A stretch of DNA of 64,000 bases from Oscillospiraceae bacterium (GTDB taxonomy: Bacteria; Bacillota; Clostridia; Oscillospirales; UBA929), in contig JAVBTN010000002.1 of assembly GCA_031556185.1 (NCBI GenBank), positions 76,796 to 140,795 on the forward strand, read 5' to 3'. Position numbers and translations under genes: made by a program. Shown piece after piece: positions 1-10,024 of this stretch. The notes beneath the pieces were generated by a model, which ran no database searches, was not told where the DNA came from, and saw nothing but the letters and a program-made list of their open reading frames with translations. Within the stretch, counting starts at the first letter, position 1. Every line of letters begins with the position of its first letter.

Positions 1-2862
1 GTCTATGCCAGCAACACCGACTGGAAAGGAATCGCCTCTGTCATAGCCGAGCGCTCGGTGATCGGCGGAAGCCATTTCTACTCCTCGTTCAACACTGGCC
101 ATGGCCTGCGCTTCTATCGCAACGGCGCCGTGTCAAACGACGAAGAGTGGTCCAACATGAGCCTCCAGGATGTCCCCGTGACTTGGCAATGGTGGCAGGA
201 AACCGTCGGCAACAAATTGGCCGTCGACTTTGACTATGGCATCGGCTACAAAACCGATCCCACCCGCCAAAACTACGTCCAGCTGGGCGGTTACAACAGC
301 GGCAGCTCGTTGGTCGTCAGTGGCGCGCTGAACGCCGAAAACCTGCTGCGCCTCTATAAAACCGACTTGGCGGTAGGCAGCGCCACCCATGTGGAACTGA
401 CCTATGCCAAATCCTCCGCCGACGACGCGTCCGCGCTGAAACTGGCCCTTATGTTCACAGACGCACCCACCGTCGTGGAGAAGATTTCCATTCCCAACAG
501 CGGCGCCAAAACCACCGGATGGATCACAGCCGACATTGACCTCTCGGCCTATGCCGGCCGCAACATCGCGGTCTTGGGCCTGGTCTTTGACGCGGGCGTG
601 AGCACCATCAGCGGCTACCAGGTGAATATCGGTCAAATCCGTCTGACCGACGGTTCGGCGCCGGCGCTGACTGCTCCCACCGGCTTGGGCGTGGTCAACG
701 CCTTTGCCGGCAGCAACGAAATGACCGTCAGATGGGATCGCGCGGATTACAACACCGGCGTGAGAGCTTACAACGTGTATGTCAACGACACCTACGTGGG
801 CGGCAAATATGACGGTTTCTACTATATCAAGAACCTGCCCGCCAAATCCGGCGCGATTAAAGTGGCCCCTGTGGGCGTCGACGGCAAGGAGGGGCCCGCC
901 GCCACAGTCAATTTTGACCTGACAAGCGGCGTACAAACGCTGACGGCCGAATCCGAGGCCGACGGCACGCTGACCGTCTCCTGGGGTGAGAAAGCCGATG
1001 TGACTGTCGCGCTATCCACTGTCAATGTACCGACCGATCGAGTGATCGACATTCATGTGTCCGCCGTTGAACAGAAATCATACACCTTTTCCGGCATGCC
1101 CACCAATGGCGATGAATATGTCGTGTCGGTGAAAAAGGGCAACAGCGATCCGATTTCCCTCAGCGGCCGTTTTATCGACACGGTCTGTGATCCCTATGTC
1201 GAAAACTGGCGCTGGAGTGGCGACGCATTGAGTCTGCCGATGCCAAACACACGGGACTGGCGCTACATGTACTTCTATGAAGACGGCGCGCTCCGCAACT
1301 TCCTGGTTACCTACCTGTCCAGCAATACCTACCGCCCGATGATCATCCGCGGGCGCTCCGCCAAGGCCTGTCTCAACTTCACGTCCACCGCCAAATTTGT
1401 TTGTATTGTCATGGAAGATTATGCCGGCAATAAGGCCGCGCCCCAGATTCTCAGAGAACCGGCGGATCTCTCGGCCGTTTTCCCGGATCCTGTCTTCCTT
1501 CAATGGGTGCAAACCAATGTGGGCGCCACAATGTCGGATGTCGTCGGCTTCACGGGTGCTGTCGATCTGAACGGATTGAGCATTGCCGACTACACGGGGC
1601 TGAATTGTTTCCTGTCCGCCAAAGAGGTTTGCCTGTCCGGCAATCCGCTCATCACACTTGTGGACAAAAATATCTTCCCGCCCGGCATGACGTCCCTGCA
1701 CTTGAAGAACAACCCAAACCTGCTCTATCTTGTTGAAACCGCGCTGACAGGTTTGCCGAACCTGACGTCGCTGGATATCACCGGCAGCGCGGCGCTGCAG
1801 TATGTCAGTCTGACCGGCCTGCCGCTGAATGAGCTTGTCTTCGGTGACCGCGCAGGCTTCCCGGCACTCAGGTATCTCGACCTCACTGGCACCCGGCTGG
1901 ATTTGGCGCGCGGCGCTCCGGTGCGCGACTTTGCTAACTATGTGCTGGTCAACCAGGTCACCGAAACAGGCACTGTAACCGTGCCGATGTTCGGCAACCA
2001 TGCCCGCGGAAAAACCGCCACCGGCTACACCAATGCGGCCCGCCTGACCGACGGCAACTTGAGCACCTCAAGTTACGCCAACGGCACGGTACCGGCCAAC
2101 GCCGTCATCGATCTGGGCGCCACCGTCAACATCAATCAGATCAAGCTCTACAGCACGTCCGCCAACTACCGCGCCAAAGACTTTACCGTGGCTGTTTCGC
2201 GTGACAACGCCACATACGACAACGTCCTGACTGTCACGGACGCAGCCGCCGTCAACTTCACAGGCGCTCTGCAGTCCGTTGCACAGGGTCGGTATTTGAG
2301 GCTCAATGTCACGGCGGTCGGCAACGGAACGTCCAATCGACTCTCGGAAATTGAGATATATGGTTACAAAGACACCCCCGTGGCCGCGTCCGTGAAATAT
2401 GACGGCATGCTCAGCCGGGTCGCGCTGAAGACCGCCATCGCCGACGCGGAAGCCGTGAGCGCCGCCCCGTACTCCATCCAATCTTTTGCCGTCCTGACAC
2501 AGGCCATTGTCGACGCCAAAGCGGTGCTGACAGCGCTTGATCCCACGCAGGAAGAGATGGAGGAAGCCGTGGCCGCGCTGAGTCGCGCGCGCGACGCGCT
2601 CATACCGAAACTGACCTCTCTCAAGCTGAGCCCGTCGTCCACCTCTGTGAGGCGCGGCAGGACCGTCGACCTGTCCGGCATGCTCCAGGCGACGCCAAAT
2701 GTTGACCCCAACTGGTCGTTCTCAAGCAGCAACAGTGCTGTCACCACCGTTGACAGCAACGGCATCGCACTCGGTGTCAAAAGCGGCATGGCCGTCATCA
2801 CCGTCAAGGCGCTTGACGGCAGCAACCTGGTCACACAGATTCTTGTCACCGTGACGATTTAG
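1..2862 (+). CDS. Secreted multidomain glycoside hydrolase, 5'-truncated by window edge (tentatively GH85 endo-beta-N-acetylglucosaminidase-like region + LRR + F5/8 type C discoidin + Big_2)
   Basis: Frame 1 is open from nt 1 (VYASNTDWKGIASVIAERSV precedes the listed ORF 58..2862), so the N-terminus lies upstream. Motifs SHFYSSFNTGHGLRFYRNG and SLQDVPVTWQWW resemble the post-catalytic part of GH85 enzymes, recalled from memory. There is an LRR block (LNGLSIADYTGLNCF..LTSLDITG..LRYLDLTG), a discoidin-like block (NLSTSSYANG..INQIKLYS..LSEIEIYGY) and a C-terminal Big_2-like block (LKLSPSSTSV..AVITVKALDGSN). Confidence 0.85.
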   Translation, partial: VYASNTDWKGIASVIAERSVIGGSHFYSSFNTGHGLRFYRNGAVSNDEEWSNMSLQDVPVTWQWWQETVGNKLAVDFDYGIGYKTDPTRQNYVQLGGYNSGSSLVVSGALNAENLLRLYKTDLAVGSATHVELTYAKSSADDASALKLALMFTDAPTVVEKISIPNSGAKTTGWITADIDLSAYAGRNIAVLGLVFDAGVSTISGYQVNIGQIRLTDGSAPALTAPTGLGVVNAFAGSNEMTVRWDRADYNTGVRAYNVYVNDTYVGGKYDGFYYIKNLPAKSGAIKVAPVGVDGKEGPAATVNFDLTSGVQTLTAESEADGTLTVSWGEKADVTVALSTVNVPTDRVIDIHVSAVEQKSYTFSGMPTNGDEYVVSVKKGNSDPISLSGRFIDTVCDPYVENWRWSGDALSLPMPNTRDWRYMYFYEDGALRNFLVTYLSSNTYRPMIIRGRSAKACLNFTSTAKFVCIVMEDYAGNKAAPQILREPADLSAVFPDPVFLQWVQTNVGATMSDVVGFTGAVDLNGLSIADYTGLNCFLSAKEVCLSGNPLITLVDKNIFPPGMTSLHLKNNPNLLYLVETALTGLPNLTSLDITGSAALQYVSLTGLPLNELVFGDRAGFPALRYLDLTGTRLDLARGAPVRDFANYVLVNQVTETGTVTVPMFGNHARGKTATGYTNAARLTDGNLSTSSYANGTVPANAVIDLGATVNINQIKLYSTSANYRAKDFTVAVSRDNATYDNVLTVTDAAAVNFTGALQSVAQGRYLRLNVTAVGNGTSNRLSEIEIYGYKDTPVAASVKYDGMLSRVALKTAIADAEAVSAAPYSIQSFAVLTQAIVDAKAVLTALDPTQEEMEEAVAALSRARDALIPKLTSLKLSPSSTSVRRGRTVDLSGMLQATPNVDPNWSFSSSNSAVTTVDSNGIALGVKSGMAVITVKALDGSNLVTQILVTVTI

Positions 2863-2901
2863 CCCCGTCTGTCGGTCGTCCGGCGCACGGTGCAATCCAA
2901 T

Positions 2902-2942
2902 CAAAAGCAAGCCCCGCAGAGGAATCCTCTGCGGGGCTTGCT
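2902..2942. terminator. Hairpin terminator between convergent genes
   Basis: About 16-bp GC-rich stem AGCAAGCCCCGCAGAGG/CCTCTGCGGGGCTTGCT. On the minus strand it is followed by TTTTGATT, so it fits best as terminator of the 3047..4762 gene. It likely also stops the plus-strand gene. Confidence 0.6.
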
Positions 2943-3046
2943 GTAATAATGGCCGTTGTTCCCCATCTTTTGGGAAAAACGTGTCGCGCGACGGCGAAGC
3001 CGTCAGAATCTTGCTGACCCGCTTTTTGCCCGCGGCCTGCGTACCA

Positions 3047-4762
3047 CTACGCGTTTCCCTTGTAGAGGGTGATCTTTGTGCCGTCAAACACGCTGGAGGA
3101 GTCGCTCAATGGGTTTTCATAGGCATAGATGGTGCGTAGTTCGGGGCAAGACTTGAGCCCGGCCAGCGACTTGACTTCATTGTGCTCCACCCGCAAATCT
3201 TTGAGCTTGGGCAGCCCCGCCAGCGGTTCCACGGAAGCTATGGCATTTTTGTTCACGTCCAGTGTTTCAAGCGCCTTGCACGACCCCAGCCCGGAGAGCG
3301 TCGTCAGCGCATTGCCACTGAGTGTGAGCGCGCGCAGCGCGGTCATGTCGGACAACGGCGCAGTCGACGGAATGGAGCCGCCGGTGCACAGGAGTGTCTC
3401 CAGCGCGGTACAGCCGGCAAGCGGTTCAAGCGTCTCGACGGGATTGGCCTCGCACAGCAATGTGGTCAGGGCTTTGTGGTCCGCCAACGGCGACAGATCG
3501 GTCACATGATTGTGCGAAATGTCAACCGTTTTGAGATTGCTCAGTTTTTGCAGACCGCGCAGGTCAGTCAACAGGTTTTCAAAAGCGATAAACTCGGTCA
3601 GCCCTGCCATTTTGGCCAGTGGCGCGGTGTCCTCCAACGCGTTTTGCGCAATGTCGAGGGTGACAAGATCCTCCAGTTCGCTCAGTGGGGTGATGTCGGC
3701 AATGCTGTTAGCGCGCAGGCTCAGGTTCTTTAATCCGGTCATGGATGACATCGGCGTCAGGCTGGCAATGCGGTTGGTCTGCAAATCCAGCGATTCGATC
3801 CATTCCCACTGGGCCAAAATGTCGAGATCCAGCGAGTCCAGCGCGAAATTGCGCAACGTGAGGCTTTTGAGCTTGGTGAGCGTGGCGAGCGGCGCGATAT
3901 CGACGTGCGCACCGTTGCCCACGAGTGTGAGTTTGGTGAGACCTGTCAAGTTGACAAGGTCGGCCAGCGAAACATAGTCTGTCGGATCCGGCAGCTCCAG
4001 GGTGTCGATCTTCCAAAGTTCGTCACTGATAACGGGATCCACCGGCTTTCCGATTTCTTTTCGTATGACGTCCTCCAGCGCGGGGTCGGCAAAGGTGACC
4101 GGCTGCAGTATGTTCTCCAACTTGTAAGTGCCCAGAGTCCAAGCCGAGGCCAGATCGTTTTGAACAATGACGGCCCTGAGCTCTGTCAGCCCGGCGGGCA
4201 GATCAATGGGGCCGGTGTAAAGGGCATCGGTCATCGACGGCACCTCCCCGTCCAGCGACAGATAGCACGCAGCGTCAGCCGGTACATCGAGCGTGAGCGT
4301 CAACCTCTGGTCATATATGCCTGGCGGGGGAACTGGCGCCGGGGCTTTGGGGCGCAGCGCATCGAGTTGCTCCTTGACCAGCGGATTGGGCAGCTCGTCC
4401 AAAAAGTCGACGGCGTCCCAGAGCTTGTTCTGCTTGAGATAGACGCCGCAGAGCTTTTGGTAGAGTTCAATGTGCCCCGCCTGCGCCGAAATGCCGTGCG
4501 CCAGTACATACTCGGCCCGCGCGTAGTTGTTCACCGAGATGTAGGCGTCGGCCAGCTTCATGCCCAGGTCGGCATTGTCCGGTCGCATATTGAACATGGG
4601 CACCATATGGTCGATGGCGGTCTGCGTCTGCCCGCTCCGGAGATTGACGTCAGCTCGCCACTCGTGATAGACATACAGTAAGCGCGGCCCAAAAATATTG
4701 CCGGCGGCCACCAACCCGACCACAATGGCGAGAATAAGCAGGCGTGAAAGCCATTTTTTCAT
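3047..4762 (-). CDS. Membrane-anchored TPR-like + leucine-rich-repeat (internalin-like) surface protein
   Basis: N-terminal anchor MKKWLSRLLILAIVVGLVAAG. About 13 consecutive 22-residue LRRs of the type L.xL.xLxLxxNxIxDIxPL (LKNLSLRANSIADITPLSELEDLVTLDIAQNAL...). GAGGA RBS upstream of the ATG at 4762. Confidence 0.9.
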   Translation of the reverse strand: MKKWLSRLLILAIVVGLVAAGNIFGPRLLYVYHEWRADVNLRSGQTQTAIDHMVPMFNMRPDNADLGMKLADAYISVNNYARAEYVLAHGISAQAGHIELYQKLCGVYLKQNKLWDAVDFLDELPNPLVKEQLDALRPKAPAPVPPPGIYDQRLTLTLDVPADAACYLSLDGEVPSMTDALYTGPIDLPAGLTELRAVIVQNDLASAWTLGTYKLENILQPVTFADPALEDVIRKEIGKPVDPVISDELWKIDTLELPDPTDYVSLADLVNLTGLTKLTLVGNGAHVDIAPLATLTKLKSLTLRNFALDSLDLDILAQWEWIESLDLQTNRIASLTPMSSMTGLKNLSLRANSIADITPLSELEDLVTLDIAQNALEDTAPLAKMAGLTEFIAFENLLTDLRGLQKLSNLKTVDISHNHVTDLSPLADHKALTTLLCEANPVETLEPLAGCTALETLLCTGGSIPSTAPLSDMTALRALTLSGNALTTLSGLGSCKALETLDVNKNAIASVEPLAGLPKLKDLRVEHNEVKSLAGLKSCPELRTIYAYENPLSDSSSVFDGTKITLYKGNA

Positions 4763-4787
4763 GGGACAATCCTCATCTGTTTGTGTT

Positions 4788-6287
4788 TTATCCGCGTCGA
4801 TAGGTGCGGGTCATATGACGCAGAGCGGCTGCGACACCCTCGTTGAGGGCCTCCTCACGCACACGCCAGCTCCAGTTGCGCGGGCTGAGCGTAGCGGGAA
4901 TGTTGACGCGGGCGTCCGCGCCCAGCCCCAGCACATCCTGCAGGGGCGACATGGCCAGCACGGCCGGACTGGCCCACACGCTCTTCATGGCGCCCCAGGA
5001 GATGCCCTCATCCGTCCGCAGGCGCAAGTAGTCGGCGGCAAAGGCCCGCTCCGCTTCCGACGCTTCGCCGGTCAGCCAGTCCAAAAACGAGGGGGCGTCA
5101 TGCGTGGAGGTGTAGCTCACGCGGTCGACCGTCGTATTGTGCGGCAGGTACATGCTGTCGCCATTCGGATCGAAGGCGTAAACCAGCACATTCATGCCGG
5201 GGAAGCCGGTCTTTTGGAAAAAAGCGCGCACCTTGTCGTCCAGATCGCCCAAATCCTCGGCGATGATGGGCAGATCGGGAAAAGCGACGCGCACTGCTTT
5301 GACAAAGGCCATACCCGGCCCGCGGCGAAAACGCCCGTGCAGCGCCGTCTCTTCGTGCGCGGGAACTTCCCAAAAGTTGTAAAACCCTCTAAAGTGGTCA
5401 ATGCGCACCACATCGCAGCAGTCGGCCATGTGCCTCAGCCGGGACAACCACCAGGAAAATCCATCTTTGGCATGCCGCTGCCAGTCATAAATGGGGTTGC
5501 CCCACAACTGGCCCGTTGCCGAATAGTAGTCCGGCGGCACACCGGCCACGACGCGCGGCGCGCCGTTGTCCGTCAGCAAAAACAGCGACGGATGCGCCCA
5601 GACCTCCACGCTGTCGCGGGAGACATAGATGGGCAGGTCGCCGATGATGCGCACGCCTTGTGCGTTGGCATAGCGGCGCAGAGCGGCCCACTGACTGAAA
5701 AATATGTACTGCAGAAATTCGTTGAAGGCCACTTCGCCTGCCAGTTCCAGTCCGGCGGCCCGCAGGGCGGCGGGCTTGCGCGCACGCAGCGCGGCATCCG
5801 GCCAGTCATCAAGCGCCACCATGCCGAACTTGGTCTTGACGGCCATGAACAGCGCATAGTCCGCCAGCCAGTGCGACTGCGCCTTGCGAAACGCGGCCAT
5901 CTCCTTTTTCAGCTGAGGATACGCCCTGTCAAAGGCAATTCGCAGCAGGGGCAGACGATGTTCATACAGCAGGCCGTAGTCCACCCTGTCAATGTCGGCG
6001 CCAAAATCAAAGGACCCGCACTCGTCCGGTGTCAGCCATCCCTTGTCGCACAGTTCTTCCAAGTCGATCAGGTAGGGATTTCCGGCAAACGAGGAGGGAG
6101 ACTGATAGGGGGAATCTCCAAAACCGGTGGGCACCAGCGGCAGCACCTGCCAGTATGTCTGGCCGGCGCTTTTCAGAAAATCGACAAACCGCCGGGCATA
6201 CGCGCCCAGGGCGCCGATACCATAGGGCCCCGGAAGGCTAAAGACAGGCAGCACTACGCCGCCGGTGCGCGTCAGTTTCACAGGCAT
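4788..6287 (-). CDS. malQ: 4-alpha-glucanotransferase (amylomaltase, GH77)
   Basis: GVVLPVFSLPGPYGIGALG..QVLPLVPTGFGDSPYQSPSSFAGNPYLIDLE and DHFRGF are typical MalQ motifs. I prefer the internal ATG at 6287 (MPVKLTR) because AGGAGG lies 7 nt upstream. The listed ORF start at 6368 has no RBS. Confidence 0.93.
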   Translation of the reverse strand: MPVKLTRTGGVVLPVFSLPGPYGIGALGAYARRFVDFLKSAGQTYWQVLPLVPTGFGDSPYQSPSSFAGNPYLIDLEELCDKGWLTPDECGSFDFGADIDRVDYGLLYEHRLPLLRIAFDRAYPQLKKEMAAFRKAQSHWLADYALFMAVKTKFGMVALDDWPDAALRARKPAALRAAGLELAGEVAFNEFLQYIFFSQWAALRRYANAQGVRIIGDLPIYVSRDSVEVWAHPSLFLLTDNGAPRVVAGVPPDYYSATGQLWGNPIYDWQRHAKDGFSWWLSRLRHMADCCDVVRIDHFRGFYNFWEVPAHEETALHGRFRRGPGMAFVKAVRVAFPDLPIIAEDLGDLDDKVRAFFQKTGFPGMNVLVYAFDPNGDSMYLPHNTTVDRVSYTSTHDAPSFLDWLTGEASEAERAFAADYLRLRTDEGISWGAMKSVWASPAVLAMSPLQDVLGLGADARVNIPATLSPRNWSWRVREEALNEGVAAALRHMTRTYRRG

Positions 6288-6771
6288 TCTCCTCCTTTTT
6301 GTTTGAGGAAAGCTACGGCAGGCCCGAGGGACGTACGCCCTCGCCGCATGACACGGTACCGGGGACACCTGCCCGGTTCACCCCCGTTTTACATATATCG
6401 ATTAGTATATCACAGGATGCCGCGAAGGGTAAGGGGGCGACCTTCTTTTACGGGGTCTTTTTTGAAAAAAACGGCTAAACGTGGCAATAAGTGGGAAAGT
6501 TGTATAAACAGTGCTCAACTGTGCAAAATAGTAACAGGAATCAGGCGTGCCAAAAGATCAGGCTCGTCCGCAAAGAGAGGTGATACGGTGTCTAAGGATA
6601 AGAAAAACAAACGCGCGCCCGGAGACGCAGGCAAGATGAACGACAAAACGCCCCCGGCGACCAATGACAGAAACGCGCCCAACGCCCGATAACAAGTCGC
6701 AACCCCGAGACCCGGCTCACGCAGCTCAGACTGCGCGCCGGGTCTCTTTCTGCGTAAAAGAGGATGATTGG

Positions 6772-7647
6772 TCAGCTGCCGTAGCTTTTAAAGCCGCGTC
6801 CCAGCACCTCGCGCGCGTTGGTCAGGATGACGAAGGCATCGGGGTCGGCGGTCAAAATGGTCTTTTTCAGCTGCGTGACCTCATGGCTGCGCACCGCGCA
6901 CAGCAATGTCGCGCGGGGCTCCTTGGAGTACATGCCCGTGCCGGACAGCAAGGTCACGCCTCTGCGCATTGACAGCATGATGGCGTCGGCAATGGCCTGC
7001 GGGTGCCGGGTGATGACAAACGCGGCGCTGGCGTTGTCAAGACCCACCAGAATGCCGTCGATGACGCTGGCCGAAACATATTGCACTGCCAGCGCGTACA
7101 ACGCCGCCTCCACGCTTCGGTAGGCGACGGCGGAAATCAGAATAACGACGCCGTTGATGACCAGGTTGATGCGGCCGATGCTCAGATGTTCCAACCGGGC
7201 ATTGATGAGTTTGGCCAAAATGTCGCTGCCGCCGGAGGTGGCGCCGCGCGAAAAGATCAGCCCGAGGCCCAGTCCGCAGAGCACACCGCCATAAAGCGCC
7301 GCCAGCAGGGGGTTTTCGGTGTAGGTAATATGATAGCGCTCCGCCACCGGGCGCAACACATCGAGCAGCAGCGAGATGGTCACCGTGGCCAGCAGCGTGC
7401 GGATAAGAAATCGGCGACCCAGCGAACGAAAGCTCAGCAAAAACAGCGGGATATTGAACACCAGCACCAGGGCGCCGACCGGCCACTGAAACAGGTTGCC
7501 CATCAGCACGGCGATACCGGTCACACCGCCCAGCGGTATCTGATTTGGGGAGATGAGGCAGACAACTGCGGCGGCGTAACAAAATGCGCCCAACAAAATG
7601 ACGAGATAATCCGCCACGATTTTCGGAGAGATCGATCGACGGCTCAT
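6772..7647 (-). CDS. YitT-family membrane protein (DUF2179 C-terminal domain)
   Basis: Polytopic N-terminal half with GGVTGIAVL and GATSGGSDILA motifs, and a soluble C-terminal domain. AAGGAGG RBS before the ATG at 7647. Lies 18 nt downstream of the mini-RNase III gene, so probably co-transcribed. Confidence 0.85.
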   Translation of the reverse strand: MSRRSISPKIVADYLVILLGAFCYAAAVVCLISPNQIPLGGVTGIAVLMGNLFQWPVGALVLVFNIPLFLLSFRSLGRRFLIRTLLATVTISLLLDVLRPVAERYHITYTENPLLAALYGGVLCGLGLGLIFSRGATSGGSDILAKLINARLEHLSIGRINLVINGVVILISAVAYRSVEAALYALAVQYVSASVIDGILVGLDNASAAFVITRHPQAIADAIMLSMRRGVTLLSGTGMYSKEPRATLLCAVRSHEVTQLKKTILTADPDAFVILTNAREVLGRGFKSYGS

Positions 7648-7665
7648 AGACGATAGGCCTCCTTG

Positions 7666-8064
7666 TCAGTCCAACGGAAGGGACAAAAACAGTTCTTCCA
7701 GACGAGTCGCGCGGCCGGAGAGGTACAGATAGCCCCAGAGTGTTTCCAGGGCTGTGGCCAGATGGTATTCCTCGCGGGTGCAGGCGGCGGGTACTGCGTG
7801 CACATCGGCGTTGCGACCGCGGAGGAAAACCGCCCTTTCCTCCTCGTTCAGCATGTCCAAAATGGCCCGGGCATATCCGGCCTGTGCGCCCGCGCGCACA
7901 CGGTTCACCGTCTCTTTGTGGAGCCGTTTGGCTGTCAAATGGCCCGCCAGGCACAGACGTGTGCGTACCATGAGCTCAAAAACGCCGTCGCCCACTAGGG
8001 CCAGCGCGGTTGTGCTCATGGCGTGCAGCGACTGAAACGGCATGCTTGGCCTTAAGTTTTCCAT
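7666..8064 (-). CDS. mrnC: Mini-ribonuclease III
   Basis: ALALVGDGVFELMVRTRL and RGRNA motifs typical of Mini-III. Size about 130 aa. The ORF extends to 8136, but the ATG at 8064 has a GAGGA about 8 nt upstream, so the start is uncertain. Confidence 0.75.
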   Translation of the reverse strand: MENLRPSMPFQSLHAMSTTALALVGDGVFELMVRTRLCLAGHLTAKRLHKETVNRVRAGAQAGYARAILDMLNEEERAVFLRGRNADVHAVPAACTREEYHLATALETLWGYLYLSGRATRLEELFLSLPLD

Positions 8065-8214
8065 GGTAATATCCTCATTTTCCGCAAATTTTTGTTGCAA
8101 CACTGTTTTTACCTGTATGTGTTTGTATTCTGACAAAAACTTTGCTATAATAAAGAGAAGTCAAAATGGGCGAAATCGGCCCGGCGATCCCAATTTGGAC
8201 TTGGAGTGAAGCGC

Positions 8215-9156
8215 ATGAAACCCACTTACTCAGTCGTTGTGCCTCTGTTTAATGAAGAAGAAGTCATCCAAGAGACATATAAGCGCCTGACGGCGGTTAT
8301 GGAGCAGTCGAACGAGCCCTATGAGCTGGTATTTGTCAACGACGGAAGTAAAGACAAGACAATGGCAATGGCGCGCGACATTTGCGCCGGCGACAGCCGC
8401 GTCAAGCTACTGTCCTTTTCGCGCAACTTCGGCCACCAAACAGCCATCACAGCGGGCATGGATCACGCCTCCGGCGAGGCCGTCGTGGTCATTGACGCCG
8501 ACCTGCAGGATCCGCCGGAAGTCATTTTGCAGATGATTGCCAAGTGGAAGGAGGGCTATGGCGTTGTCTACGGCCAGCGCACAAAACGCGAGGGAGAGAG
8601 CACCTTCAAAAAGACGACTGCCAAGCTTTTTTACCGGATGCTGCATGGCATGACCGAAGTGGATATTCCGGTGGACACCGGCGACTTTCGCCTGCTCGAC
8701 CGCAAGGTGTGCGACGCGCTGCGCACGTTGCCGGAGCACAACCGCTATGTGCGCGGGCTGGTCAGCTGGGTGGGCTTTCGGCAGACGGCCGTGCCCTATG
8801 TGCGGGAAGAACGGTTTGCCGGCGTGACCAAGTATCCGCTCAAAAAAATGCTGAAGTTCGCGGAGGACGCCGTCACCTCATTTTCTTACAAACCGCTGAA
8901 ATTGTCAATTGTGCTTGGCCTGATTGTGGGCGCCGCCGGCGTGTGCTACCTCATCGCGCTACTCATACGCGCGCTAACGGGCGTCCTTTTTCAGTCCGAA
9001 GTGCTGCTGATGCTTGGCATTGCGCTGACAGTGTCGGGCTCCGTGCTGCTGATGCTCGGGCTGGTCGGATCGTACATCGGGCGCATCTGTGACGAGGTGA
9101 GGGGACGTCCGCTGTACATTTTGGAGGAGACCGTCGGTCTGGAGCCGCATCCCTAG
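8215..9156 (+). CDS. GT2 polyprenyl-phosphate glycosyltransferase (GtrB/ArnC-like)
   Basis: YSVVVPLFNEEE..VNDGSKDKT..FSRNFGHQTAITAGM..VVIDADLQDPPE, plus two C-terminal TM helices. ATG 8215 has GGAG 8 nt upstream. The ORF opens at GTG 8206. Confidence 0.9.
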   Translation: MKPTYSVVVPLFNEEEVIQETYKRLTAVMEQSNEPYELVFVNDGSKDKTMAMARDICAGDSRVKLLSFSRNFGHQTAITAGMDHASGEAVVVIDADLQDPPEVILQMIAKWKEGYGVVYGQRTKREGESTFKKTTAKLFYRMLHGMTEVDIPVDTGDFRLLDRKVCDALRTLPEHNRYVRGLVSWVGFRQTAVPYVREERFAGVTKYPLKKMLKFAEDAVTSFSYKPLKLSIVLGLIVGAAGVCYLIALLIRALTGVLFQSEVLLMLGIALTVSGSVLLMLGLVGSYIGRICDEVRGRPLYILEETVGLEPHP

Positions 9157-9280
9157 ATTTTTGGCGTCGGCTTGGCGTAAACTGTTCTTGTGCTAGACAA
9201 GATAAGATGATAAACTGTTGTGTATAATCATCAGTTTTCGTGTGCTAATCATTAAAATTTTATGCAAGGAGTTGGATCAA

Positions 9281-9793
9281 TTGGGTATTGCTGGTTTGGT
9301 TGGCGGAGGCCTAGGCGGTTTCCTCGGTTTGGGAATATTCATTGTTGTGTTGACCTTTATCGCGGGTGCCGCTTTTGTCGTGCTGTGGATTCTGCACTCG
9401 ATCGGGCTGGCGGAAGTGGCCAGGAAGAGTCCTTACGCATCCAAAGCCTGGATGGCTTGGCTGCCGATTTGCCGTCACTATTTGCTTGGGCTGCTGTCTC
9501 CGAATCCGCGTATCGGCTCGTTACAGCTCAACAGCTTTCCAGTGATGATGGGCGTTGTGGCCCTGCTGTTTGTCATCAATATTGTCCCGTTGGTGTCCAC
9601 ACTGTTAGGGCTTGCGTTTTACGTCCTGACAGTGTTTGTCAGTCTGCCTATTTTCAAGTACTATATGCCGGAAAGCGCTGTTGTGTGGTCCATTTTTTAT
9701 CCGCTCGGCTTTTTTGTCATGCGCTCCCGGGTTGCGGGGCGCCCGCAGCAACGCCCCGTCGCCGCCAACAGCCAGACGCCGCCGCAGTCTTAG
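9281..9793 (+). CDS. Hypothetical polytopic membrane protein
   Basis: Four to five hydrophobic helices and no recognisable family motif. TTG 9281 is preceded by AAGGAG (9266..9271). The ORF is open from 9218. Confidence 0.6.
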   Translation: MGIAGLVGGGLGGFLGLGIFIVVLTFIAGAAFVVLWILHSIGLAEVARKSPYASKAWMAWLPICRHYLLGLLSPNPRIGSLQLNSFPVMMGVVALLFVINIVPLVSTLLGLAFYVLTVFVSLPIFKYYMPESAVVWSIFYPLGFFVMRSRVAGRPQQRPVAANSQTPPQS

Positions 9794-9896
9794 GGACGGC
9801 TGCGCCTGTCCTGTGATAAAGGGGCCGCAAAATCTGCGCGAAACAAGTAAAAGGATGAACTTTCCAGTAGTGGAAAATGTCACTGCTCCGTTTTTG

Positions 9897-9925
9897 TTGA
9901 CTATTCGCGTCAGTTATGGTAGAAA
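9897..9925 (+). promoter_or_regulatory. Candidate sigma-A promoter of oppBCDF
   Basis: TTGACT (9897..9902), 17-nt spacer, TAGAAA (9920..9925) with TG at the extended -10 position. About 100 nt upstream of oppB. Confidence 0.45.
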
Positions 9926-10024
9926 TATTAAATATGATTATTCTACAAATTATGCTCCCAGCGAATGAGCGCCCGGTACCGAAGGGCAATGCGCGTCAGA
10001 GGGGCAGGGGAAAGGAGGCGTCTT

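Noticed and set aside
4698-6692. 664-aa plus-strand ORF
   Set aside because: It lies antisense to the well-supported malQ gene. The translation is Arg/Gly/Pro/His-rich with no motifs and no RBS, which is a typical shadow ORF in GC-rich DNA.
7037-7954. 305-aa minus-strand ORF overlapping the YitT and mini-RNase III genes
   Set aside because: It is an alternative frame of two genes that have clear family motifs and RBSs. Its composition (R/G/P-rich) is that of an off-frame artefact.
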